Positions 29,019-39,536 are shown, counted from the first letter of the stretch. The stretch is 64,000 bases of DNA from Lachnospiraceae bacterium (GCA_045616865.1 JAZLHO010000059.1:2441-66440); one strand, 5' to 3'. Translations and numbers: made by a program. Notes: generated by a model from the letters alone, not told the origin.

Positions 29019-29867
29019 CTATATTGCAATAGGAATATCCTTTATCTGTTCGTGTGTCTCATAGCCTTCGACATGTACATCCTCAGGAGTGAAGTCATAG
29101 AAATTTTTGATATCCGGTGTCAGCCATACCTTCGGTGCCGGCAGCGGCTCTCTTCTGATGAGCTCCTCGATGATCGGGACATGGCGGTCATATATGTGAC
29201 AGTCTGCGATCACATGCACGAGCTCTCCGACCTCCATATCACAGACCTGTGCGATCATCATAAGCAGTATTGAATACTGAACCACATTCCAGTTGTTTGC
29301 TGCAAGCACATCCTGCGAACGCTGATTGAGTATTCCGTTCAGTACGAGCTTTCCGTTCTCTTTATTCTTTGTAACATTAAATGTCATCGAATAAGCACAC
29401 GGGTAGAGATTCATCTCATGCAGATCCTGGAAATTATAAAGATTCGTAAGTATGCGTCTGCTGTATGGATTGTGCTTCAGATCCCAGATGACGCGATCTA
29501 TCATATCGAATTCGCCTTCTTTATAGATGTGCTTAACTCCCATCTGATATCCGTATGCCTTACCGATTGAACCGTCCTCATCTGCCCATTCGTCCCATAT
29601 ATGTGATTTAAGATCATGAATGTTGTTTGATTTTCTCTGCCATATCCACAGGATCTCATCGGTTGCAGATTTGATGGCTGTCCTTCTGAGTGTCAATGCA
29701 GGGAATTCCTCACCCGGTTTATATCGGTTGACCACACCGAATCTCTTTATTGTGTACGCAAGTGTACCATCCGGCCAGTGCGGACGCACCTTCTCGCCCT
29801 GAGTGTCTGTTCCGTTATCTATGATATCTCTGCACATATCTATAAAAATTTTATCTGCGTATGACAT
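29019..29867 (-). CDS. thyA: Thymidylate synthase
   Basis: ThyA-like throughout (RRIL.NLYN, LYPCAYS active-site Cys, QRSQDV, ADCHIYD). GGAGGA SD present. Confidence 0.9.
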   Translation of the reverse strand: MSYADKIFIDMCRDIIDNGTDTQGEKVRPHWPDGTLAYTIKRFGVVNRYKPGEEFPALTLRRTAIKSATDEILWIWQRKSNNIHDLKSHIWDEWADEDGSIGKAYGYQMGVKHIYKEGEFDMIDRVIWDLKHNPYSRRILTNLYNFQDLHEMNLYPCAYSMTFNVTKNKENGKLVLNGILNQRSQDVLAANNWNVVQYSILLMMIAQVCDMEVGELVHVIADCHIYDRHVPIIEELIRREPLPAPKVWLTPDIKNFYDFTPEDVHVEGYETHEQIKDIPIAI

Positions 29868-29914
29868 TACTATCCTCCGAATCTTAAACTGTTTTAATAC
29901 TTCCGACTGTCTGA

Positions 29915-31258
29915 TTATCTCAGTTCTTCAAGTAATTCCCTTCCTGCATCTATTATAAGCTCTGCCACTCCTGATCTGAAGATGGAGCTTCTTGATTCAT
30001 ATCCGCCCTCATCATAGGCTTCCTTCATCGGGAAGTAACCCATATATCCGTTGGTAATACATGTTACCAGTATATTTTCGTAGCCCTGTGTGAGTTCTCT
30101 GATTGCCACATTGATTCCGTTAAAAGGTTCTCCCGGTATGCCTAAAAGTGCTACCGGTCCAATCCTTACAGCTGATAATGTAAGTTCGAAGAACTCGGGA
30201 CCATTTTCCAGGTTTATCATTCTCTCAGCTTCCGCAACGACCGTCGTAAGCATCATTCCTTCGAAAGGTATCTCATCGTCTTTACCTGCCTTATGAAGTT
30301 CCTCATACTTATATGCAAGCTCCAGTTCTTCAGCGGTTGGCATATTTGACGGGATTCTGATAGTTTTTGATGCTGCCTTAATCGAATCAACCTCACAGAA
30401 CGCAGCTTTGTCAAACTTCTGCAAAATTCCGCCGGTTACTACTCTGCCGATATATTTTGCATGGTTATAGCCACGTGACACGGCATCGAAATCATTGAAC
30501 ATGTCATTAAAATCTCCACCCTTGGGATGAACATTGACATGATTGATATCTCCCTGTGCGCCGTTCAGTACCAGACATTTCACTCCATCAAGTGCTTTCT
30601 CTGTAATACGTCTTGCGAAGCCGGGCCAGTCTGCTGAGACCTTGCTGCCCCCGACTACATCCGGATGATTTGCAAATGTTGCAAGTACTATATCGTCTCC
30701 GTCTTTTCTTGCGAATCGCACTACATTGACATGATCGTCGATATCTCCGATAGGTGCAACGATATCAGGATTATTGACACCCGGGTTTGTTTGTACGCTT
30801 CCGTCTTTCATTCTGAAACGTCTTATGAAGCTTACTCCGGGAGCTTTTCCTCTGCCCCATCCCATATGAGATTCTCTGAGATCTTCTATTGCAAGAACTG
30901 CAGCTTCGGTCATTTTTCCATCGACCCACTTTCTGTAGTCCCTTGTGTCCTCTCCCTCAAATCCCTCACCGATCGCGGGTGCTGTATGAGTATGTGTGGC
31001 TCCGATATATATATTGGTATATGGAACACCTGTGGCCTTTTCGATGCTTCTTCTAAATCCTGTAAACTGCTCTGTGATATTCACGCCACAGCTGTCGATG
31101 CTTATGATAAGTATCTTTGTTTCGTCATTTTCGATTGCGATACAGCATACTTCCAGTGGATCAAGTACACCCTCTACGAATCTGTCTTTGTAATATCCGT
31201 CGATCGGAAGTCCAAGCGGCGGTGTAATATCTGTTCTTGAATAACCTGCTCTTAACAT
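29915..31258 (-). CDS. Neutral/alkaline ceramidase-like (N-acyl amidohydrolase fold) protein
   Basis: The AGYSRTDITPP...G and GATHTHTAP motifs are typical of bacterial members of the non-lysosomal ceramidase family. AGGAGG lies 5 nt upstream of the ATG at 31258. Confidence 0.55.
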   Translation of the reverse strand: MLRAGYSRTDITPPLGLPIDGYYKDRFVEGVLDPLEVCCIAIENDETKILIISIDSCGVNITEQFTGFRRSIEKATGVPYTNIYIGATHTHTAPAIGEGFEGEDTRDYRKWVDGKMTEAAVLAIEDLRESHMGWGRGKAPGVSFIRRFRMKDGSVQTNPGVNNPDIVAPIGDIDDHVNVVRFARKDGDDIVLATFANHPDVVGGSKVSADWPGFARRITEKALDGVKCLVLNGAQGDINHVNVHPKGGDFNDMFNDFDAVSRGYNHAKYIGRVVTGGILQKFDKAAFCEVDSIKAASKTIRIPSNMPTAEELELAYKYEELHKAGKDDEIPFEGMMLTTVVAEAERMINLENGPEFFELTLSAVRIGPVALLGIPGEPFNGINVAIRELTQGYENILVTCITNGYMGYFPMKEAYDEGGYESRSSIFRSGVAELIIDAGRELLEELR

Positions 31259-31348
31259 CTCTGCCTCCTGATACAGTCTTAGGTTAACCAAAGGTCTGCC
31301 TTTTTATTTAAAGCCACAGGCTTTTACCTGTGGCTTGATTTAGTTTTA

Positions 31349-32668
31349 TTATCTTCCTTCTTTCATTTCCTGTACTGACTCAAGGATTGCATCAGCCATA
31401 TACTTGAGCTGATCCTGTGAGAGTCCGTAAAGCGGGAAGTGTGTGTATCTCTTATAGAATACTTCTTCACAGTTCGGACATGTCTTTGCGATAGCATCCT
31501 GATCGTATCCGAAATCTCTGATAATCTCGTACCTGTAAAGCGGTCCGAAGTGTGCGATTTCTGTGACACCCTTCTGTGCAAGCTTTGCTTTGAGAACCTG
31601 AACATCCTGTCCGCCTGCCTTTTCAGGATCAAGCTGTAAGCAGTAAAGATGGAATGTAGGCTTAATGTCATCATTTCCTAAATCCTGTACAGTGAGAGTG
31701 TCACAACCTGAAAGTCTGCTGTTAAGGTATTCTGCTGCAGTGCGTCTCTTTGCGATAATCTCATCTATTCTGAGTAGCTGTCTCTGAAGTCCGAGTCCCT
31801 GAATCTCTGTTGTTGAGAAGTTATTTCCCATGAACTTATATCCGTTCTTACCTGTTGCAGGTGTGACATCATACAGCCACTTGTCGATATGCTGTGAGAA
31901 ATCTGTGCAGAGGAATCTGCATCTCTTCATGTCTCCGATGAACTCCGGATGATTTGTGCAGAGGATTCCGCCTTCTCCGAATGAAGTGATATTCTTTACC
32001 TCGTGGAATGAATATGCTCCGAAATCACCTATCGTTCCAAGCGCCTTGCCCTTATACCATCCACCGAATCCATGAGCTGCATCCTCGATAACTGTGATGT
32101 CATGCTCTTTTGCCAGTTTCATGATGGGGTCCATATCTACAGGATATCCTCCCATGTGTACCGGGTAGATTGCCTTTGTATTCGGTGTTATCTTTCTTGC
32201 TACATCTGCAGGGTCCATATTCAGTGTCTTGGGATCTACATCTGCAAACACGAGCTTACATCCTATTGAAAGCGGATATGCCATCGTAGCGATAAATGTG
32301 ATCGCCGGCACGATAACCTCATCACCTGCCTTAAGGCCTGCCCACTTACCTGCGATTTCAAAACCTGCTGTACAGTTTGTAAGAAATGTTGAACCTGTCG
32401 TATGCAGATACTCATCAGTCATCTGCTCTGCTTTTGTAACTTCCTTATCCAGAGACAGCTTTGCAGGAGCTTCCGATACCTTATCGAGTTCTTTGATTTG
32501 TGCCTCTACCTTTGCAACTGCTGCATCATACTCTGCACCTTCACCGACCATAAGGAACCTGATAAAAGCCATCACATCATCTGCATTATAGTTCTCACCG
32601 ACTGCTGCCCACGGAACTTTTGTTTCACCTGTATTATACCTGAAATCAGAAGCTTTCTTTTCTCCCAT
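31349..32668 (-). CDS. DegT/DnrJ/EryC1/StrS-family PLP aminotransferase
   Basis: TNCTAGFEIA, VIVPAITFIAT, EDAAHGFG and SFHEVKNITSFGEGG (PLP-Lys region) motifs. AAGGAG SD present. Confidence 0.8.
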   Translation of the reverse strand: MGEKKASDFRYNTGETKVPWAAVGENYNADDVMAFIRFLMVGEGAEYDAAVAKVEAQIKELDKVSEAPAKLSLDKEVTKAEQMTDEYLHTTGSTFLTNCTAGFEIAGKWAGLKAGDEVIVPAITFIATMAYPLSIGCKLVFADVDPKTLNMDPADVARKITPNTKAIYPVHMGGYPVDMDPIMKLAKEHDITVIEDAAHGFGGWYKGKALGTIGDFGAYSFHEVKNITSFGEGGILCTNHPEFIGDMKRCRFLCTDFSQHIDKWLYDVTPATGKNGYKFMGNNFSTTEIQGLGLQRQLLRIDEIIAKRRTAAEYLNSRLSGCDTLTVQDLGNDDIKPTFHLYCLQLDPEKAGGQDVQVLKAKLAQKGVTEIAHFGPLYRYEIIRDFGYDQDAIAKTCPNCEEVFYKRYTHFPLYGLSQDQLKYMADAILESVQEMKEGR

Positions 32669-32686
32669 TGTCTTTCTCCTTATAAA

Positions 32687-33730
32687 TTATAATTGAACAA
32701 ATTTCTTTGTATCGTTTGATCTGTATGCTGCCTCCATGACCTTCTGCACATATACTGCTTCCTCTGCAGGAACCTCCAGCGGTTTGTCGTTGAGTATTGA
32801 ATCAGAGAAGCTTTCGATCTCACGTGTATACATATTGCCGAACTCAACTTCTATCTGTTCACTTTTGGATGTCTTTACATCCTGTTGTGCATCATAGCCA
32901 CCTACATCTCCGCAGAACAGAGCGTCAAGATTTCCACCGTCCACCTGTCCGATGACAGTATCTCCGCAGAGTCTTCCGTGATCTCCGAAGAACTCAAGTC
33001 TCCACTTTGCTGCATCATCAGGTATATTGAAGTTGCTCTGTACCACACACTGAGCTCCGTTTTCCATTCTCAGCATAACCATAGAAGAATCCTCTACTTC
33101 ATAATGGAATGTAAGCGTATCCTGGAATGCTGCGACTTCTTTTACTTTTGTTCCCATCACATACTGCATAAGGTCGATACAGTGTACTCCCATATCCATC
33201 ATGGCTCCACCGCCGCCATTCTTCTTGGACTGTCTCCAGTTGCCCGGCATATCGGGATACCAGCATGTGAACTGAGAATAAGCAGATACAGGATTTCCTA
33301 TCTTTCCGTCTGCTATAGCTGACTTCATAGCCTGAACATATGCTCCGAATCTCATCATAAGTCCTGCAGCAATCTTCACACCTTTATTTCTGCAATACTC
33401 AAGAACCTTCTCGCCCTCTTCCGATGTCATTGCAAGCGGTTTTTCTATAAGAATATGCTTACCCGCATCTGCTGCGGCCATCGCCTGTTTTGCATGAAGC
33501 ACTACAGGTGTAGCGATATAAACAGCATCGATATCCGGATCTGCAAGAAGATCAGCTTCATTATCATATGCCCTGAGACATCCCCATTTTGCCCTGCACT
33601 TTTCTGCAAGTTCCATATTGATTTCCATTACGGCAACAAGCTCTGCATTTTCAGCAAGCATCATGCCTGGTATGGTTCTGCGGTCTGCGATTCCACCGGC
33701 ACCGATAACGCCCCAGCGTAATTTCTTCAT
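32687..33730 (-). CDS. Gfo/Idh/MocA-family NAD(P)-dependent oxidoreductase
   Basis: N-terminal LRWGVIGAGGIA Rossmann fold and the EKPLA motif. Confidence 0.85.
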   Translation of the reverse strand: MKKLRWGVIGAGGIADRRTIPGMMLAENAELVAVMEINMELAEKCRAKWGCLRAYDNEADLLADPDIDAVYIATPVVLHAKQAMAAADAGKHILIEKPLAMTSEEGEKVLEYCRNKGVKIAAGLMMRFGAYVQAMKSAIADGKIGNPVSAYSQFTCWYPDMPGNWRQSKKNGGGGAMMDMGVHCIDLMQYVMGTKVKEVAAFQDTLTFHYEVEDSSMVMLRMENGAQCVVQSNFNIPDDAAKWRLEFFGDHGRLCGDTVIGQVDGGNLDALFCGDVGGYDAQQDVKTSKSEQIEVEFGNMYTREIESFSDSILNDKPLEVPAEEAVYVQKVMEAAYRSNDTKKFVQL

Positions 33731-33850
33731 TTTACAATTCTCCCTTCTTTTTTAATCAAAACAAGGAGATCGTTCATGGATCTCTCGTACAGTTAAATAC
33801 CTGATGGTTTTTTCTTTGATCAAGATACATTGTGTTTTTGGGATTCAGAT

Positions 33851-33882
33851 TTTTGGAAAAAGGAGGAGCCGGAGCTCCTCCC
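33851..33882 (-). terminator. Rho-independent terminator/attenuator after the substrate-binding protein gene
   Basis: GGAGGAGC-cgga-GCTCCTCC followed on the minus strand by TTTTTCCAAAA. Confidence 0.65.
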
Positions 33883-33900
33883 CTCGTTCAAAGACTTGAA

Positions 33901-35061
33901 TTAGTCAAATGACCAGAACTGATCAACGTTGCTTGAGTCAACCATGTAAAGAGCGATGTTTGTTGTAGGAACGTTCTCTTTACCTTCGAAGTAGTTGATA
34001 GCACCTTCATAGATGAACTGTGCAAGAACCCATGCATCAACGTTAAGGCATGCTGTGTAGTTAGGATCCTTCTCATGAAGAAGTCCGAATGGCTCTGCAC
34101 CATAAGCTCCCATTGAGAATACCTTTACGTCTGTGTTGCCAACCTGCTGAAGAGCTGAAACAGCACCCATAGCACCGTTATCAACGTCAGAGATTACATA
34201 GTCATAAGGCTCAACGATAGCCATGATAGCGTTCTGAGCTGTCTCACGGTTACCCTGTGAATCATACTTGTTAAGGATTTCATAATCGAAATCGCCAGCT
34301 GCCTTAGCTGCATCAAGTGTCTCATGAAGACCTACGAATCTTTCCTGGCAGTGTGTTGAAACTGCGTTTGTAAGCTCAACGATACGAACCTTCTGTCCTG
34401 GGTTATGCTCCTTAACATAGTTAACGAAGTATTCACCTGTGATTGTACCTGTAGACTTCTGATCCCATGTAACTGTTGTCTCAGCCTTCTCTTCACCCTC
34501 TGTCCAGTAACCGTCATAGATGATTACAGGGATGCCAGCGTCAACAGCCTTGTTAAGAGCTTCTGCTGATCCGTCAGGTGTGATAGGGTCAATCATAAGG
34601 ATGTCGCAGTTGTTTGCGATCATGTTCTCGATCTGCTTTGTCTGTGTCTCATCGTTAAGATCACCGTCTTCGCATGCACAATCTGCACCATAGTATGCGC
34701 CGAGTGCTTCGAGGCCCTTTGCAAGAGCTGCACACCACTCATCACCCTTGTAGCAGATAGAGCAACCGATCTTCTTGCCCTGAAGTGCATCTGTGTCCTG
34801 AAGCACAACTGCTCCAGGAATACCAAGCTCTGCTGCTCTCTCGTCATCTGAAAGTACAGATGAGTCAACGATCTCAGGAGCTGCTGCTGTCTCAGCCTGT
34901 GGAGATGTAACTGCTTCTGTCTCAGGAGCTGCTGCTTCCTCTACAACTGCCTCAGCTACATTCTCTGCTGCCTGCTGCTCTGCTGCTGTTGGCTGTCCGC
35001 CACAAGCTGCAAGAGAGAGTACCATTACTGCTGCCATAGCAATAGCAACGATTTTCTTCAT
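33901..35061 (-). CDS. Sugar ABC transporter substrate-binding lipoprotein (CUT2/RbsB-like)
   Basis: Lipobox LSLAACGG, an Ala/Glu/Thr-rich linker, then a periplasmic-binding-protein type I fold. AGGAGG SD present. Confidence 0.8.
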   Translation of the reverse strand: MKKIVAIAMAAVMVLSLAACGGQPTAAEQQAAENVAEAVVEEAAAPETEAVTSPQAETAAAPEIVDSSVLSDDERAAELGIPGAVVLQDTDALQGKKIGCSICYKGDEWCAALAKGLEALGAYYGADCACEDGDLNDETQTKQIENMIANNCDILMIDPITPDGSAEALNKAVDAGIPVIIYDGYWTEGEEKAETTVTWDQKSTGTITGEYFVNYVKEHNPGQKVRIVELTNAVSTHCQERFVGLHETLDAAKAAGDFDYEILNKYDSQGNRETAQNAIMAIVEPYDYVISDVDNGAMGAVSALQQVGNTDVKVFSMGAYGAEPFGLLHEKDPNYTACLNVDAWVLAQFIYEGAINYFEGKENVPTTNIALYMVDSSNVDQFWSFD

Positions 35062-35157
35062 TTTGTTTTTCCTCCTAAAAATTTTTAGAAAATGTTATTT
35101 ATTTAAACAGGAATGGCCTGCTTAAACCGGTTTGTGATGTGTGGATGATGTACAACA

Positions 35158-36636
35158 TCAGACACACATAGCCATGATCTTTTCCTGAGTAGCTTCCTCT
35201 GCTGAAAGCTCACCCATCTTATGTCCCTCATGCATAACCATGATTCTGTCGCACATACCAAGAAGCTCAGGCATCTCAGAAGAAATCATGATAACGGTCT
35301 TACCTTCCTTAACCATCTCTGTCATGAGACGATAGATTTCAGCCTTGGCACCGACATCGATACCACGTGTAGGCTCATCAAGGAAGAGGATATCTGACTC
35401 CTGGAACAGCCATTTTGCGATAACGACCTTCTGCTGGTTACCACCTGATAGATACTGAACCTCTGTCTTGATAGAAGGTGTCATAGTACGAAGCTTTTCT
35501 ACATAATCCTGTGCAGCCTTCTCTTCAAGACCACCGTTAATAACTCCACCCTTGATGACTTTATCAAGTGCTACAAGTGTAGTATTCTTCTCAACTGACA
35601 TAATCTGCACAAGACCTTGAAGCTTTCTGTCCTCAGGAACGAGTCCGAGACCATCCTTAATAGCTGCGCGGAAGTTGCGGTACTTAACCTTTTTGCCTCT
35701 TACGAATACTTCACCTGATTTGACCTTATCAATACCAAGAATAGCACGTGCAAGCTCTGTACGTCCTGCACCTACAAGTCCTGAAATACCAAAAATCTCA
35801 CCATGCTTAACCTCGAAGCTGATACCCTTGAGCATTCCGTTTACAAGATTATCAACCTTGAGGACTGTATCGCCGATTTTAACCTTCTCCTTCGGGTATT
35901 CCTGTCCCATCTCACGACCTACCATCATATTGATAAGTCCCTGGCGTGTAACCTGAGAAATCGGGAGTGTATCAATCATCTGACCATCACGGAGAACTGT
36001 TACATTATCACAAAGATCAAATACTTCATCAAGTCTGTGAGAAATATAAATGATTGTAATTCCTTTCTCACGAAGCTGACGAACTATGCGGAACATGATT
36101 TCAAGCTCACGGTCTGTAAGAACTGCCGAAGGCTCATCCATAACCAGGACCTGTGAATTTGCATTGATAGCATGCATGATCTCAACAATCTGTTTTCTTG
36201 CAACTGTAAGTGATGAAACCTGTGCATTTACATCAATGTCCATACCGAGATCATCAACGATTTCCTGCGCACGTCTTCTCATACCCTTCCAATCTACAAG
36301 ACCCTTATCATCTATAAGAACATTTCCAAGGAACATATTCTCTGCAACTGAAAGAGGCTCTGCAAGCTTGATTTCCTGATGAACTACTGCGATACCTGTA
36401 TGACGTGCCTGAATAGGAGTTGCAAAATGCTCCTGTTTGCCGTTCATCCAGATTTCACCTGCTGTCGGCTGATAAATACCAGCCAGTATCTTAATAAGTG
36501 TTGATTTACCGGCACCGTTTTCTCCTACGAGTCCGTGGATAGTACCGCGTTCAACGTTTACAGAAACATTATCGAGGGCCTTGACACCTGGGAACACCTT
36601 CGAAATGCCTTTTAATTCAAGAATATAGTCTGCCAT
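35158..36636 (-). CDS. Sugar ABC transporter ATP-binding protein (duplicated ABC domains, RbsA/MglA-like)
   Basis: GENGAGKST Walker A, LSGGNQQK signature, and two ABC cassettes in 492 aa. Confidence 0.9.
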   Translation of the reverse strand: MADYILELKGISKVFPGVKALDNVSVNVERGTIHGLVGENGAGKSTLIKILAGIYQPTAGEIWMNGKQEHFATPIQARHTGIAVVHQEIKLAEPLSVAENMFLGNVLIDDKGLVDWKGMRRRAQEIVDDLGMDIDVNAQVSSLTVARKQIVEIMHAINANSQVLVMDEPSAVLTDRELEIMFRIVRQLREKGITIIYISHRLDEVFDLCDNVTVLRDGQMIDTLPISQVTRQGLINMMVGREMGQEYPKEKVKIGDTVLKVDNLVNGMLKGISFEVKHGEIFGISGLVGAGRTELARAILGIDKVKSGEVFVRGKKVKYRNFRAAIKDGLGLVPEDRKLQGLVQIMSVEKNTTLVALDKVIKGGVINGGLEEKAAQDYVEKLRTMTPSIKTEVQYLSGGNQQKVVIAKWLFQESDILFLDEPTRGIDVGAKAEIYRLMTEMVKEGKTVIMISSEMPELLGMCDRIMVMHEGHKMGELSAEEATQEKIMAMCV

Positions 36637-36685
36637 TTTTTCCCAACCTTTCTTTATATTTTTTATCAGTTTACGGTTAGGTCGA

Positions 36686-37669
36686 TCAAGACTTCTTCAT
36701 GTTGCCGACAACATCGAGAGTTACGGCCATAACAAGAACGATACCCTTAAGTACATCCTGTACGAACGGATCTACGCCCATCTGTGAGAATCCGTTGAAG
36801 AGGATGTTGAGGAAGAGTGCACCGAACATTGTTCCGATAACACGTCCCTTACCACCTGCAAGAGATACACCGCCGATGATTGATGAAATAACAGCATCGA
36901 ACTCGTAGTTCTGTCCATTTGTTACGGCTACAGAGTTAAGACGTGACATAAGCACCAGACCGCCGAATGTAGAAAGGATAGATCCGAGAATGAATGTTCC
37001 GAAGTGATACTTCTTAACATCGATACCTGAGAAGAATGCTGCTTCCTTTGATCCGCCGACTGCATAAATGTTACGTCCGACTTTAGTCTTTGTTGTAACG
37101 AACTGTGCAATGATGTAAAGAACAACCATGATTACCGCACAAATCGGAACTACTCCACCGATGTAACCACGGCCAAGCCATGAGATAGACTCCGGCATCT
37201 TCGGAATCGGAACTGCCTGTGTAACGAGCTTTGCGACACCGTAGCAGATGTACTGTGTACCGAGTGTGGCAATCATTGCAGGAACTCCGATATATGCAAC
37301 CATTGTACCGTTGATTGAACCTACAACAAGTCCGATTGCGAACATAACGAGAATTGCTACAATAACAGGTGTGCCGGCTTTCATAAGGATAGCGCCTACA
37401 CAGGATGTAAGGCAAAGCATACGTCCAAGTGAAAGGTCAAAGTTTCCTCCGATAAGCATTATCGACTGTCCGATAGCAACGATAGCAATTGTTGATGTCT
37501 GAAGCAGAATGTTCTTGATGTTGCTCCATGTAAGGAAATACTGTGCGCCAAATTTAATGAATGATAAAATTGAGAATACGATAAGCAGTAAAAGAATACC
37601 TACTATCGACATCCAGTCTTTCGCAAGAGCTCCTACTCTGCTCTTTGCACTTTTGCTTGTTGTAGCCAT
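36686..37669 (-). CDS. Sugar ABC transporter permease (RbsC/BPD_transp_2-like)
   Basis: Polytopic membrane protein. Start set at MATTSK..., where GGAGG lies 6 nt upstream. Confidence 0.85.
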   Translation of the reverse strand: MATTSKSAKSRVGALAKDWMSIVGILLLLIVFSILSFIKFGAQYFLTWSNIKNILLQTSTIAIVAIGQSIMLIGGNFDLSLGRMLCLTSCVGAILMKAGTPVIVAILVMFAIGLVVGSINGTMVAYIGVPAMIATLGTQYICYGVAKLVTQAVPIPKMPESISWLGRGYIGGVVPICAVIMVVLYIIAQFVTTKTKVGRNIYAVGGSKEAAFFSGIDVKKYHFGTFILGSILSTFGGLVLMSRLNSVAVTNGQNYEFDAVISSIIGGVSLAGGKGRVIGTMFGALFLNILFNGFSQMGVDPFVQDVLKGIVLVMAVTLDVVGNMKKS

Positions 37670-37737
37670 AATTTTCCTCCAAGATTTTTTATTTTTTTTA
37701 TTATGAGATAATCTTTTATATTCCAGTCTCTGATATA

Positions 37738-38451
37738 TCAGTCCAAAGGCAACAGACACTTTGTGCTGTAGCGTGGATAAACATTGTAAGGCTTAAATCC
37801 TTCTGCAAATGCTACTCCGCACTGATAACCGCGGTACCTTGAACATGTCTTTACCATATCTGCGAAGTCGATTCCGTCGTGCTCGAACATCCATTTTAAC
37901 TGTGATTCATGACAGTTGAGAGCTTCGAGCTTCTTGTCAATCTGATTCGTGATATCTACATAGATAGCCGGCTGGAAATTGACTCCTGCCAGTGTATCCA
38001 TAAAATATACCGGAACAAAGCTGTCAAATGCATCGTACTTTCTGTTACGGTGATTGAGTCCTGAACAGAAGCTTCCATTTACTGCCAGTCTGCTTGTCTC
38101 AGTGTGATCCTGCATATAATCATCATCATTATGAGTGATGATCACATCAGGTCTTACGAAACGAACCACATCAGCAACAGCATCTATTACATCCTGATCG
38201 TGACTGTCTACGCGCAAGTCTCCTACATCGATATTAAAAACCTGCCTGACTCCCAAAACCTTCCCGGCCTCTTCGGCCTCCTTCGTCCTGATAATCCTCA
38301 ATTCATCCGGTTCAATAACTACATGTCCCAGATTGCCATTGGCCACGTGAGCTTCATAAACATCTGCGCCTCTTTCCACATACTTGCGCAATGTTCCTCC
38401 ACACGCGATTTCGAGATCATCGGGATGACATCCAATAGCTAATACTTTCAT
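37738..38451 (-). CDS. PIG-L/LmbE-family N-deacetylase
   Basis: VLAIGCHPDDLEIACGG and THNDDDYMQDH zinc-ligand motifs. Start at MKVLAIG with an upstream GAAGGGAAGG. Confidence 0.8.
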   Translation of the reverse strand: MKVLAIGCHPDDLEIACGGTLRKYVERGADVYEAHVANGNLGHVVIEPDELRIIRTKEAEEAGKVLGVRQVFNIDVGDLRVDSHDQDVIDAVADVVRFVRPDVIITHNDDDYMQDHTETSRLAVNGSFCSGLNHRNRKYDAFDSFVPVYFMDTLAGVNFQPAIYVDITNQIDKKLEALNCHESQLKWMFEHDGIDFADMVKTCSRYRGYQCGVAFAEGFKPYNVYPRYSTKCLLPLD

Positions 38452-38615
38452 CTGCCTTCCCTTCTTTTTCACTTAATATTTGCATATTAAAAAAATTGTT
38501 AAAAGAGAAACTGATTTAACAAGTATATTTTAGTTGATTTTGACAATTTTAGCATTATAATATAAGTTAAATGGTTTATAAAATAAGACACAGATAGCGT
38601 TTCAGGAGTTATATT

Positions 38616-39491
38616 ATGTTCTCATATCATAAACTTATTCCTCAATTTGATATAGATTCCCTGATTAATGCATCCTCCTATCACATGACTACAAAATTCA
38701 AGGGATTTGGTGAATCTCATGATTTCTGGGAGTTCCTGTACTGTGACAAGGGTGAAGTAGATGTTCAGGCTGCTGACAATCATTTTCTGCTCAAGGCCGG
38801 AGAGATGGTTTTTCACTGTCCTAACGAATGGCATGATGTCCGCAGTCACGGAGACAAACCGGCAGATGTTATCATACTCGCATTTACTTGTGCCAGCCCG
38901 CATATGTCAAAATTCGAAAAAAAGATCATTTTTCTGGGTCCGCAGGAAAAGGAATGTCTCCGTTATATTGTCAAAGAATCCGAATCCACCTATGCTTTTT
39001 TTGATATGGACCCGCCTTTTGTAAATCTGAGAAAAAAGGAAGAAGCTCCGTTTGCAAGTGAACAGGTAATCAAATCCCATCTGGAGCTTCTGCTTATATA
39101 TATTTTGAGAAGAAACAGTTCTGTACTTGCCTCATCACGTGAAACTGCCTCAAACAATATGCATCAGTATGAACGTCTGGCTGAAGAAGCAAAAGAGTAT
39201 ATGCAGAATCATCTGGATGAAAAAATCACGCTTAAGAAGATAGCATCAAGTCTTGGAATCAGTGTCTCTCTGCTGAAAAGAGTATTTCATGTCCAGACTG
39301 ACTATACTGTCATCTCCTATCTGACCAATCTGAGAATCGGAGAAGCAAAAAAGCTTATCCGCAGCAACAGTCTGAATTTTACTCAGATTGCTGAAGCTCT
39401 GGGATATGATAACATCCATTATTTTTCTTCACAGTTTAAGAAGCAGACCGGCATGACTCCTACAGAGTATGCACGCTCAGTCAGAAAATAA
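38616..39491 (+). CDS. AraC-family transcriptional regulator (cupin sensor + HTH)
   Basis: N-terminal cupin-like domain and a C-terminal double HTH (IA..LGYDNIHYFSSQFKKQTGMTPTEY). AGGAG SD present. Confidence 0.9.
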   Translation: MFSYHKLIPQFDIDSLINASSYHMTTKFKGFGESHDFWEFLYCDKGEVDVQAADNHFLLKAGEMVFHCPNEWHDVRSHGDKPADVIILAFTCASPHMSKFEKKIIFLGPQEKECLRYIVKESESTYAFFDMDPPFVNLRKKEEAPFASEQVIKSHLELLLIYILRRNSSVLASSRETASNNMHQYERLAEEAKEYMQNHLDEKITLKKIASSLGISVSLLKRVFHVQTDYTVISYLTNLRIGEAKKLIRSNSLNFTQIAEALGYDNIHYFSSQFKKQTGMTPTEYARSVRK

Positions 39492-39536
39492 AAATCAGGC
39501 TCACAGCGGTGAGCCTGATTTCCTGTAAATAATATA

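Noticed and set aside
31311-31336. A 10-bp perfect hairpin (AAGCCACAGG / CCTGTGGCTT) after the DegT gene, considered as a terminator.
   Set aside because: On the coding (minus) strand it is followed by an A-rich rather than a U-rich tract, so it is not a canonical intrinsic terminator. It may be an mRNA-stabilising or processing stem, but there is not enough evidence to annotate it.
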